A stretch of DNA of 62,243 bases, counting the filler, from Collodictyon triciliatum (Eukaryota), in assembly GCA_043381765.1 (NCBI GenBank). It is 5 parts of 5 records of this genome, joined end to end, with 100 filler letters (N's around TTAATTAATTAA, not from the genome) between each part and the next. Parts side by side here need not be neighbours in the genome. Positions count along the whole stretch, not along the records: positions 15,669 to 44,408 come from JBHJMP010000021.1; positions 44,509 to 50,962 come from JBHJMP010000022.1; positions 51,063 to 57,608 come from JBHJMP010000024.1; 2 more parts are not named here. One strand, given 5' to 3'. The position numbers and the translations under genes were made by a program. Below the pieces are notes generated by a model. It was not told where the DNA came from and did not search any database. It saw nothing but the letters and a program-made list of their open reading frames with translations. The first letter of the stretch is position 1, and every line of letters starts with the position of its first letter. Shown in pieces: positions 37,899 to 51,202 of the stretch.

Positions 37899-39011
37899 AC
37901 GAGTTTGATTCCCTTTTAAACAGCATGAAGCAAGATGAAGAAAAGACCGAAGGGATGAAAGCGAAATTAGATGGGAAAAATGAACCTATAGTAGTCACTT
38001 TAAATTCATCTGGAACAAAAACGGCATTATATATCTTTTATTTTTATTCGTAGTATTTCATGCATTTGTTGTTGTTTGTAGTGGCTTGTTGAAAATTGAA
38101 TATTTTTACATCATTTCAATGCAGAGTTTGCAATCTGAGCTACTGAATTTCCAACTCAAGAAGTCATCAAATCCTCCAAAACCAAAGGTTTTAGTTTCGT
38201 TTATTTTCTTCCCTTGCCCTTTCGCTTTTTGGTGGCCCAGTTTCATAATCATTTTCGTTACTTCAATATCACACCCAAAACGCCGGGTTTATTTACCATG
38301 CAAAACAAAATTAACGCATATTCTACTGTGTACCATATAAAAGAAACTAATGTAGCAATCAGTTTACCAATTATGATAATGATGATAGAAATAATAATAA
38401 CAATAATAATAATTATAATAATGGAGAGAATGATAAAGCCCTAATTAAACCTCATGAAGTTTTGCAAGTGGCTGCCAGCGCATAAAAATATTTTTGTTAA
38501 CCTTCTATTCACTCGTTTATATCAGATTTAACTGTTCGTTGATATCTCAAAATAATAATAAATAGGAATTAGATGCCCCGCCACCCACGGAATCAAGGAA
38601 TATGCTTCTGGATGCTATTAGAAAGGGCACGCAGCTACGAAAAGTAAGTGAATATATTCTACTTTAATTGTTATATATAAAACAATACAAAAAAAAAACT
38701 TTACCAGGTCACTGTGAATGCGTTAATGAAAAAAAAATTCTAGGTAGGAGACCCCCAAATCAAATCGGAAAATCTCGGACAAGTAAAAGAGGTATGTATT
38801 TTCATTCTATTTTTTTATTTTATTTTGTTCCTATGTGGTAATGATTACTCCGTTGGATTCTTGGTTATTAATCGCACATACAAAAATCTCTGATTAGGCA
38901 CCCCAGGCAAATACTGGGTTTGCTTCGACCCTGCACTCTGCCCTCCTGCAAAAAATGCAAGCCATGGCACAGAGCAGTGATAGTGAAAGTGATTCCGGTT
39001 CTGACTTTTAA
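37899..39011 (+). CDS. 3' end of a WH2 / WCA (VCA)-type actin regulator (5'-partial, 5 exons)
   Basis: WH2-like SLQSELLNFQLKKS; WH2 RNMLLDAIRKGTQLRKV (exon 38566-38643); central helix FASTLHSALLQKMQAM; acidic tail SSDSESDSGSDF* (exon 38898-39011). Confidence 0.72.
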
Positions 39012-39597
39012 GCGCAGTGCCTTTTGAGCCATATCAGCAGAAATTCTTGAGTATGTCGAGAATTGCAGCCTCGTTGAGTTATCTCTTTCTTCCCATTCCT
39101 CTCTTTTTTTTCTTTTCTTAATAAAAATAAAATAAAAACCAAACAAAGAAGGGATAGTAACATATGAAGTTCCATGGTTGATATCATTGAGAATCATGTA
39201 GCTTTTGTCTGTCGATATCACAATGCGCATTAAAGAGCAAAAAAGAAAAAAAAAGAAATCCAGAAAGCGGTTGATATATTTCACATACTAAAAGCGCATC
39301 AGTCCCTTGTGTTAGTTTATTTACTAATGAACGCTTTTTTCTTATCCTATTCGGCTGGGTCATGGACACCGATTGTAATAATGTATGCGCCGTGGGTTGA
39401 TGCTTATTTTTATTAATATACTATAAATAAAATTAAGCATCATGTGTTTGATTTGAGAGGGACTCATAAAGTCTTCAGCCCATGAGAAGCACAAGAAAGG
39501 ATGTACCATAACTCCAGTATCCAAGTCACGTTTGTTTTGTATGAGATTGCCCGAGGAAAGTTTTCGTAATCCCATCTGATTCAAACAAGAACAGGAA

Positions 39598-41210
<1,613 letters not shown>

Positions 41211-41459
41211 TCTGCTCCGACAGTCAAAGTCCTCGAGTATGTTCCTTTCTGGTTTTTCGACTGGTTAGAGGAGAGATCGCCAAACGAGAAGACCGTCTGT
41301 TGTACCTCCAAAGCGCCAATTGGCTGCTCTTGTATGCCCGCCAAGAGGGAACAAGTCAATACTAAATCAGCTCGGATGCAGAAGACCAACTTCTCTTCTG
41401 TTTCCCCTATTTTTGATTTTTTTTCTGTTTTCATTTCATCAAGCCTCCTTCTAACCAAA

Positions 41460-43175
41460 TAGACAGCGCTGGCGTGTTGGGAGACGCACTCTGTTGGCCA
41501 TCAGCAGTCCCAGTTTCCTTATCTTTCTCCCTTATCCACGCGGTAGGCAGGGCCACCCATGTTTCTACTTTCATTCTGATTCGCTTTCTGGCTCGCTATA
41601 TTCGGTGGTGTACTTGACTGATTCACTCTCTTTTCCTCGGGCGAGGCCTTGTCTTTGACGGTTTCGATCTTTTTTGGTGCGCCAGTGATTGCGCGATGAG
41701 TAACTGGTGTTTTATATTCATCTACGGTTCTTTTTCTTGGATAGGAGGGTGTTTCCCGCTGGGGAATCGCAAGAGTTGCGACAGTAGGTCAACTCTCATA
41801 AACAGTACTTGAGGAGTAATTTGCCGTTCCCGAGGCTTCAAGGTGCTCACTTTCTTCTTCAACAGAATCTTTTATGAAGACGAAAGGTTGGATGGACTGT
41901 CGTTCTTCCTATCCCGAGTCTGGGACGTTGCTTCTTATGGATTGTGCAGTACTTGCTGAAGAAAGAGTCTCTTGAGTTGTCCCAGGAGTCATGCCCTCTA
42001 AGGTGGCAGGCGGGTGTGGTTTGCTGGGTGCCATTATGCTGTTTTCCGATTCTGTTACCGAGTTGGCTTGGGTTTCCCTTTCCTCGGCATCTTCTCCTTG
42101 ATTTGAGGGTGAGTTTGGTGAGATATCATCGGCTTGAGAAAGTTGGGAATCTTGGAGGCTAGTGATGTTTCCTCCACTTGGAAAAAAGTGATTCAAATAC
42201 TGATATTGCCTCGTATGTGCTCATCAGCGAACTTGATGAAGCACATTCGGACAAATCACCTGGTGTTTCGTCCATTATTTTGATATCCATTTCTTGATTT
42301 TGGGGCCGTTCCTGAGCCTTTGTCTTGATTGAGACTTCGAGCACTTCATCCGAGGATGTCTCGTCGTGATTTCTCCCTCTGATATTAGAAGACGAAGCGC
42401 CTTGCTTTTGGCCTTGTTGTTGGGCTCTGGGCTTATTTTGCACAGACGATTCCTGCACGATTGGCCAGTCTTTAGCGCTGAAGTCAGCTACTTTTGTGTT
42501 GAAGCCCGAGAAGCGAGTGGTCGCGTTTTGTTTGTTGGTGGCCGCTTGTTTTTTGGTAATCAGCTTGGCAGCAGTTTTTTTTTTTTTTTTTTTTTGTGGT
42601 TTGACCTTGTGTGGCATTCCCTTCTTTGTTGGGGAGAGTTGATGGGATGTCAGACTCTTTAAAGGTTGCGTATCTCCATGCGACAGAGTCTATCATGAAT
42701 GACGACAAAGGTTGGTTTTTCCCATTTCTTCCTGTTCTTTGTCATAAGTAACGAGTGCATCGTTCATGCATATTCCTCCAGGCTTTGTCCAGTTGATTTT
42801 GATTGGAGTGAAGTATTCACTCCAGGCTTTAGAAATATCAGTCCAGCTCACCCCCAGCGGTATGTTAGACAGGTGCGCAACATTTGTGACGGACTTTGCT
42901 GGAATTGGAGGGTATTGGTGATTGAGGAGCTGAGAAGACCCCTCTTTAATGAAGGCAGCTGCGTTTTCTTTTCTTGGGAAGGCGGTTCTGAGTCAGAGGG
43001 CAGGGTTATCCATCATAAACACCACGTCCTTTTTGTAGCACTTTCGGGCTTCCATTACAGCACGCAGTTGCTTGCACATGTTATTACGATTTGCGAGGGC
43101 AATATATTTTTCATAACCTGCCACGAAGGCGGACAAAGCAGTCTTCGTCTTTGAAGAGTTCGTTCTCAATCGCAC
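41460..43175 (-). pseudogene. Decayed intronless ORF, possibly non-LTR retrotransposon ORF1 (gag-like)
   Basis: About 1.7 kb of coding-like sequence broken by TGA (42993), TAG (41909) and frameshifts (~42710, poly-A ~42585, ~42200). VAHLSNIPLGVSWTDI resembles the RRM motif of Tx1/L1 ORF1 and is followed by a low-complexity S/E/K/Q-rich tail. Confidence 0.5.
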
Positions 43176-43334
43176 TTTTTTTTAATCGTGGTATGTCAGC
43201 AACAAATGGTCTATTGGTGAGTTGTGTTTCCCCATTCAAGTTCGGCCGTGAACGAGGCTGACTGAATTTGGAGTTAAATTGAACCATAAGAGATTATTTC
43301 AACCAATATCACGGATGATAATTTCAAAGAACTG

Positions 43335-43430
43335 AAACAAACAAACAAACAAACAAACAAACAAACAAACAAACAAACAAACAAACAAACAAACAAACAA
43401 ACAAACAAACAAACAAACAAACAAACAAAC
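43335..43430. repeat. (AAAC)n microsatellite (also at ~50868-50962, 54370-54440, 56420-56494)
   Basis: Direct tandem repeats. Confidence 0.95.
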
Positions 43431-43658
43431 ATCATGAATTACATACAAAAAGTGTATTACATGAACCTTTCTCTAAAAGAAAACTGGTAATACGCCTTTT
43501 TTTTTTAAAAAAAAAAATACCAATCATAATGATAAAATAATACCAAATTGATAATAAATTACACTATTATATAAACACAACTGAATACAATCATTGGTGG
43601 ATGAGCGAGCTGATTCCTCGTTTAATGACAGAAAGTGTCTTATATTTGAAGGCCAATT

Positions 43659-44408
43659 TCATTTTGCAGGTGAGACAGGAATTTGGTTCCATCTGTTGAG
43701 CGCAAAGTCGATCCACGGGCGGGCGAGAGAGTCTTTCGAAACCATGTAATTGGAGGAAAACAGTAGCAAAACTAATCGTAAATAAATAAATAAATAAAAA
43801 ATAATAAAAAAAGTCAAAAAAGTCGATTAAAGGGAAAGATTTGTATGAAAAGGATGCATTTGCATTTCGGAATGATACATGGTGTGAAAGGTAGCAGGTA
43901 GATATAGTATTTTTTTTTATTGTAACATATGACACACCGCATATGGACCAAAGTACTTGAGCAGGCAGGAGCTTAATTGTGATTAAAACCAGTGATGATG
44001 CCACCAAGTAGACTTGTGTTGTGAATGAATCTTTCCATGTAATGATGCTATGAATGAATGAATTTAAATCATAAAAGTATATCCATGCACCAGTACTTAA
44101 ATTTTTTTTATTCTGGCTAAAGTATATAGCAGTTTAGTTTTTCTTTTCATGCTTCAAATATTGATTACCATATCCAAAACTTAATCAATATATTACACAA
44201 ATTATTTTTAGAATATAGCTCCCTGTCACAGCGAAAAGAGAAGAAAAACAATGCAAACCTTTTGATCTTTCCTGCAAACTGGTTGCTCGTCTTTGTACTG
44301 GATTCAATTAAACGAAGCACAGAAAATATGGAAGCCGAGTTTGTGTATTTCTGCTCAATTTCTTCGGTAGAAGAGACATGAATGTCAGGCTCGGAACCCT
44401 TGCGTCCG
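43659..44408 (-). CDS. C-terminal membrane (PRT_C/reticulon-like) region of an MCTP/GRAMD4-like protein (5'-partial, 3 exons)
   Basis: Spliced NQFAGKIKS-IITWKDSFTTQVYLVASSLVLITIKLLPAQVLWSIC-VLLLF..FALNRWNQIPVSPAK* follows the W-x-D..T hydrophobic hairpin and terminal W/F..IP pattern of PRT_C. Cut by the spacer at 44409. Confidence 0.58.
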
Positions 44409-44508
44409 NNNNNNNNNNNNNNNNNNNNNNNNNNNNNNNNNNNNNNNNNNNNTTAATTAATTAANNNNNNNNNNNNNNNNNNNNNNNNNNNNNNNNNNNN
44501 NNNNNNNN
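44409..44508. other. Artificial contig-joining spacer
   Basis: TTAATTAATTAA at 44453-44464 flanked by 44 N on each side. Confidence 0.95.
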
Positions 44509-44581
<73 letters not shown>

Positions 44582-44588
44582 TATATAG

Positions 44589-47500
44589 CTTATCAGCTTA
44601 CCACGCTTCTCATCTTCGATGACTTGTCTTCAAGAGCTGATTTTAAATGAAAATCAGGTTATTCCTTATTATTCATTAATCTGTCGCAAATGTCACTATC
44701 TCTTGAGATACTGAATTATAATAAATCTATACAACCGAACTGATTTATCCAATATCTGCCCGCATTAAGTTATCGCATCTACCAGAATCAATAAGCAACT
44801 TAGTATGTCTTACTAAAATGATGGCTGCAAAAAACATGGTCTGTTTCTCTCTTCGTTTCAATAAAAAAGGTGGATAATATTTTGTCTTGGTTTTTCTTTT
44901 TGTACATTACAGATTAATGTAATACAATGATAGATTTCTGAAATCCCGCGGTCAATTCAAAATTGCTCAAACATACAAATCTTAGATTTGCAATCAAATC
45001 AGGCAAGAAACTAGTTAACTAGAATCATAGTATTTGATAGATCGGCCTGTTTACCAGATTACATGAATAGATTACATCCATGCCTCAGGAATTGTGCAAC
45101 GTCACTAGTCTGATTGATATCAATCTATCTGATAATAAGGTTTTTTTTTTTTTTTTAGTATTTTAATTTTAAAATATTCAATATAACTTTATGGAGTAGC
45201 GAAATGACTACACAATTATAAGGACTCACTGACTCATCTGTGATTGTAAATTTAGATATCACACCTACCAGAGAATATCGGCATGTGTCTCAATCTTTCA
45301 ATCGCAAGAATCTCAAATAATCAGGTTAATTTGAGCTTATTTGAAAATGCTCTAAATACCACTTTTATGAAGCCATCAGAGTCTAGGGACAGCTTTTCAA
45401 TTATTAGAATACCCCATCGATAACTAGATGTATCAAATGAGGAATAACAATTACTAAATTAAGCCGAACTTGATGAAATGATACTAATGATAAATTATCA
45501 AGATATCAAGTCTTCCAGAGTCGATTTCTCTCCTTTCCCATTTGAACACGCTGATTGCCGAAAAAAACATGGTGACATATCAGACGTGATATAAGCTGCA
45601 TAATTCAAATTGACTGACACACCAAATATCAATAGTTGTCAGACATACCGGCCCATTTGTGCAAGATTCCTAATATCCGAGATTTAGATATATCAGATAA
45701 CAAGGTACGTAAACGGGACGATGTTGATTATCTTCCAATATCAATTACAATGAGTCTTCTTTTATTCATTTATTGATTGATAATGTTCATTTTTATTTTT
45801 CACTGTATGTGCCGTCTCTAATATAGTTAAATTAATACGATGTAAACACAGATTTACATGATTCCCGAATCAATAACTGTCCTAACCAATCTGAAAATTT
45901 TGGATCTTTCAAACAACAACATCGATCTTTTGGAAAACATGCAAGAACAAGAATACTATTTAACATCTTCAAAAAACCTGCACGATTCCACCATCAATGT
46001 CAATAATGAAGAACTGATTTTATGTCTGTCGATATTTTTATTTATTTTTCTTTTGAATTCAAACTATCGCTCCATCAACATATACGATACAGTTACATAT
46101 ATTATGTGCCGCCATACTGAATCACAATGCTGATCAATATCCCTCCTTTGCTTTTTTCTTCTTCTGAAATAGCTATTCCGCCATCCGTAATGTCTATGAT
46201 TCATTGTGACATCAATCTGGTTGGCAACAGAAATATTCCATCTCAACTCGCTGACGAGGTTAAAGCTCAAAGAAATTATAAAGAGATACCAGTTGTGGAA
46301 AGAACCCTCATCGTTCTTTCTCATCTCAAAAGTATATCATCCATCGACCAAGCCTACCTTAAGGCCTACGAAGAATATGCTGAGATGAAGTTAAAGGAAT
46401 GGATAAAAGGGAGGGCCAATGAAGTAAATCTCGAGAGGATTGTTGACCTAGCAATTAGGGCTGACGCCTTGATCTTTATAGGCAGCAAGCCTATACAAAA
46501 TTACGTTAACACGCAGTGGTCAAACAATTCGACTCTCGCTGGTTACTTGGCAAAACACGAGAAAACGTCGTCTTGGTGGGATGGTGGAATCAAATCAGGC
46601 TTTATGCACCTTTGGATTGCCTCGGAAAAACAATTGCCAAGTTTTAGAAATTCGATGAAGGCCAAGTTTTTCATATCTGCGCTGATGTATGCCATCTATA
46701 TCACAACGTTGATGGCATTTATTGTAAAACAAACGTCATTCTATGAAATAAGCAATTTTTACTCCTCGGATGTTTTGAGGTCATACTATCCTGTTGACCA
46801 AGTAGGTGATGTGGACGGGTTTTGGGGGCTTCTAAACTCTACCTTGCTTGAGTCTATCTACAAGGGACCGAAAAGTGATTACTTTGAATACTCCAGCCAA
46901 CATGACGATTGGGCTGCTCCATATTACCGACTTGTGGCCTCTGTCAGGCTTCGGCAACTAAGATCTAAAACGAAGCCATGCTCAACTATTATCCCGTTGG
47001 GAGGAGAGAAGCAACTGGCGAATCCTGCACAGAGAAGCATTTGCATAGAAAATTATTCACCGAATTCTCAATCGAAGGAGCCTTATGGAGAAAAAGGCCA
47101 GTTTCAATGGGAGTCGCCAAAGTCTGTCGGTTCATTTTCTACGCTTGGTTCTACTGAAACGCTATACGGCGGTGGGGGATATGTCGAATATCTTACACTT
47201 GACTATGTCACAGCTTCTGAGAGGGTGCAGAGTTTATATGAGGATAAATGGATAGATGTGCAGACCAGATTCGTATCTGTCGAGTTACTTGTTGCAAATG
47301 ATAACACCGAGGTAATTAGTCTTGTTTCCCTTATTTTTGAATTTCCACCACTGGCGTTAGTTATCGGCTCAGTAAAGGTTAGCACAAGGAATCAACGATT
47401 ATTCGAAATCGATTCATCTTTTGGGTTATACCAAACAGTCCTGTTGATATATGCGATAGGATTCTTGGTTCATGAGCTGCAACAAATGAAAATCATGAAG

Positions 47501-48607
47501 TTGGAATACTGCCTTGATATGTGGAATTACTTTGACCTTCTTAACATCGCCATCCTTTTCGTTATGATTGGTATACAGATAAAACTAGTCTCATCTGGTG
47601 TCGCAACTATGAACCTTGCCGCGATGCCTCATGGTGGTTTTGTGGAATTGAGTTACCTGATGAATATATCTGATGTTCAAAAGGTCTTGTACGGGATACT
47701 TTTGCTGCTATCCTGGATGCGATTCTTGGCCTTCTTTTCTATTCACACCACATTTGGACCAATAATCATGACAATTTATCGAATGACGATTCGACTGTTT
47801 GAATTTTACTTTATACTAGTTTTATTTTTGGTTGCTTTTGCGTCAGCGTTATTTACTATTTACAGCAACGACATTATCGAATACTCGTCTATGTCGCAGT
47901 CTTTACCGACGATGGCCTTGGCACTTTTTGGCAATACCAACTACGATACCATTAAAAAATATGACACATTTGTGGGTCCTGTTATATTTTTTATGTCGTT
48001 GTTGATATGTGTGATTCTCTTACTTAACTTTCTCATCGCCATATTGAGTGGCACCTATGAGGATATCCGCCAAGATTCTCAGAAACAGTATAGGAAGTTA
48101 TTTGCTGCCACTGTCATGTCTTTCATGAAAGCACCTACACCAGCGCCGTTCAACTTACTCTCGCCGTTGGCTCCGTTTGGAAATGCAAGTGTTGAATTCC
48201 GTCTACAATACTGGTCATTTCTATGGGACGCACGCCAAGTGTCAAACTCATACAATATCCTATTCTTGTTTCCTAGAATCAAGAAAATATGGAATAATCA
48301 CAGATTCACGTGGACAGATTGTTTCTTTATCTGGGTTGATTATCTTGTCGTATTGGTGAATTCCGTGTCGTATACATTATTGGTCATGATACTAATTCCA
48401 ATCCACCATTTAAACAGTTTGATTTCCAATAAACTTGCTGAGGCCTTTTCTTACTTTGTATTCTTTTTCCTTTGGCTAATGCTGATGCGCGGAGTCTGGA
48501 TAGCTACGCATCCTGTATGGATGATATTCTGGGGAGCATCGCTGTTAGCTCAGAAATGCTTAAGCTGTTGCAAAGGAAAGGTTGTTGATATCTCTACTCA
48601 CCCCTAG
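44589..48607 (+). CDS. LRR-containing polycystin-2/TRP-like cation channel (5'-partial)
   Basis: Seven 69-nt LRR exons plus exon 45852-46023 splice in frame to exon 46173-48607. That exon has TOP-domain motifs (VRLRQLR, YGGGGY, WIDVQTRFV), six TM segments, pore ALFGNTNY and S6 LLNFLIAILSGTY. Confidence 0.88.
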
Positions 48608-48608
48608 C

Positions 48609-48968
48609 TTTTCCTTTTCCCCTTTTCCCCTTTTCCCCTTTTCCCCTTTTCCCCTTTTCCCCTTTTCCCCTTTTCCCCTTTTCCCCTTTTCCCCTTTNNN
48701 NNNNNNNNNNNNNNNNNNNNNNNNNNNNNNNNNNNNNNNNNNNNNNNNNNNNNNNNNNNNNNNNNNNNNNNNNNNNNNNNNNNNNNNNNNNNNNNNNTTT
48801 CCCTTTTTCCCTTTTTCCCTTTTTCCCTTTTTCCCTTTTTCCCTTTTTCCCTTTTTCCCTTTTTCCCTTTTTCCCTTTTTCCCTTTTTCCCTTTTTCCCT
48901 TTTACCCTTTTTCCCTTTTTCCCTTGTTCCCTTTTTCCCTTTTTCCCTTTTTCCCTTTTTCCCTTTTA
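48609..48968. repeat. (TTTTCCCC)n then (TTTTTCCC)n polypyrimidine microsatellite, with internal gap
   Basis: Directly visible 8-mer tandem repeats. Confidence 0.9.
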
Positions 48969-49042
48969 TCAATTTCTTGTATCATAGCAAAATTACACTA
49001 TCGCAAAGAAAACATAAAATTTCTAATTTAACTTAATCTCAT

Positions 49043-50580
49043 ATGGCTCCAAAGAAAGCACAGCCAAACATAATAGGTAATTGATAAAATATTCGTACCT
49101 ATGTATAATCAATTCACTCACGAGTAAAACAGAGAATAATATTTGTGCTAAAATAAATTAGGAATGACTCCAATCATATCCGCTCCTTCGCCTACTCAAT
49201 CCACAAATGTTTCGAGAAAAACATCTCTTTCAATTGATCCACAAGCATTACTGGCAGCTGCATCTTCGAAAACAAACCTAACTCATGGGGAATATATATG
49301 TAACAAGGGAAATGAAAAAGTTTTCCATGTGATTGAGGACACAGGTTTCAGCACACAAAGACGCAAAGAGTGCGAGTTTACCTATTTCATTCCTAAAATT
49401 AGTGTCGGCTTCATACTTGTTGAGGATACTTTCAATTACGGGGACACAGTCGATCAATCAACACATCATATTTTATTTGACCTTGACCTATGTGAATTCA
49501 AGACAACGCTAACGAGTGGCATAACGGTTGTCGCACAATCACCAATACCACCATCTTTTGGCTCCATCGTCAAATTTTGTATCGAAAACGGAGACCCAAC
49601 CATTTTTAAAGTCCAATGCGAAGGAGAGAAGACTGTTTGTGAGTTTTATATGCCACAAAATCGTACAGCACTGCCCGTTATTGTTCTTTGTCCTGGAGGT
49701 TCTACAATTAGATTTGATGCAACAAGATCTGTCCAAACGCTTCCATCAAACGTTGCAAACTTAATCGGAACATCGCTAATAGAGTCAGACTTTCTGTTTG
49801 GGAATGGAAACATAGGAGCCTTTTATGTCGATGATGTAGACAAATTAATCCTTCAGTGCGTGTATTCATCGAACTTTGTTTTTGATGCAATAGCTGGAAA
49901 TTCAGACAACGAAGTTTGGGATGCCGATAGATGGGATATGAGCTTTCATGTAAATGAAACTTGTCTATGTAGTGAGTTTCTGGTTGGGGTGTATCTGGCC
50001 TCTGAAACGTGGTCCGCAGGAATTTTGGGCCGCACAGACCATATTTTGATGCGCTGGGCACTGAACGCAGATAGAATACACATCACAGGCCAGATTTCGC
50101 AGTAAGCCTGTCAACCAAAGTTTTTTTTTTTGCCACCACTCCATACGCTTAATGCTACATTATTTTTTTTAAACTATATATATATTTTTTTTCACATGCT
50201 GTAGAGCCAAAGTAGATTTCCATTACCAAATCACAAACACATCACTTCTTTTCGCACCTGTGTTCGGGTTTGCTGTTTGCCAAGAGACAAAGACCGTCTC
50301 GCTATCTTTGGATGACACGTTTGTCCCCCAACTGTGCTGGGAGTTGCCTGCCCAAAGAAACCCTTGGGTTCCCTTCATCCCCGCCTCTGGTGTCGGCTTG
50401 CGAATCCACTTCCGGGCCGATGCACATCCGGACTCTTTCTGGGAGTGCGTCCGAAAGCACATTCGCGGGACACACCGCAACACTCGGTCAGCTTCATCCA
50501 GCTCTGCCGGCCAGCCTGTCGCTTTGCTTCTTCGGGACGGCACTTCATCGTCCTCGTCCTCATCCTCATCTGCCCCTTGA
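49043..50580 (+). CDS. Hypothetical beta-rich protein of about 450 aa, possibly tandem divergent SPRY-like domains (exons 49043-49076, 49162-50101, 50205-50580)
   Basis: MAPKKAQPNII-G splices onto the 313-aa ORF, which splices (CA|GTAAGC..TAG|A) to the ORF ending 50580. Two units end similarly (LPVIVLCPGGSTIRF and WVPFIPASGVGLRIHF). The fold call is tentative. Confidence 0.65.
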
Positions 50581-50962
50581 CTCACCCCGAGCTGTCAGAT
50601 GCTGCCGCACAAACGGCTCATTGCCGAATGTGGAGCACAAGCGTCTGCCCACTCGCAGAAGTGATCTCTTGATTGTTTCCCGCCGGATGTCTGCCTCGGT
50701 TCAAACGAAAAATCTCGATATAAAAGACAAAAAACAATCAAAAGACAAAAAACAAAAACAAGCAAACAAACAAAAGACAAAAAACAAACAAACGATCAAA
50801 CAAAACAAAACAAAACAAAACAAAAAACAATCAGAAACAAACAAACAAACAAAAAACAATCAGATACAAACAAACAAACAAACAAACAAACAAACAAACA
50901 AACAAACAAACAAACAAACAAACAAACAAACAAACAAACAAACAAACAAACAAACAAACAAA

Positions 50963-51062
50963 NNNNNNNNNNNNNNNNNNNNNNNNNNNNNNNNNNNNNN
51001 NNNNNNTTAATTAATTAANNNNNNNNNNNNNNNNNNNNNNNNNNNNNNNNNNNNNNNNNNNN
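50963..51062. other. Artificial contig-joining spacer
   Basis: TTAATTAATTAA at 51007-51018 flanked by 44 N on each side. Confidence 0.95.
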
Positions 51063-51097
<35 letters not shown>

Positions 51098-51202
51098 AGA
51101 GAAAAAAAAAAGAGAAAAAAAAAAAAGAGAGAAAAAAAAAGAGAGAAAAAAAAGAGAGAAAAAAAAGACTTCAACCTCGTCATATTTGAACATCATCTGT
51201 AG

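Noticed and set aside
42993-42995. In-frame TGA as selenocysteine or readthrough
   Set aside because: The same frame has several other stops and frameshifts, so decay is the simpler explanation.
48609-48968. Telomeric repeat
   Set aside because: The unit is C4T4/G4A4, not the T4G4/C4A4 or TTAGGG type, and it is internal.
48580-49162. Channel gene spliced directly to the SPRY-like ORF
   Set aside because: The phase-0 donor does not match the phase-1 acceptor at 49162, and that gene has its own ATG exon at 49043. Only an exon hidden in the gap could link them.
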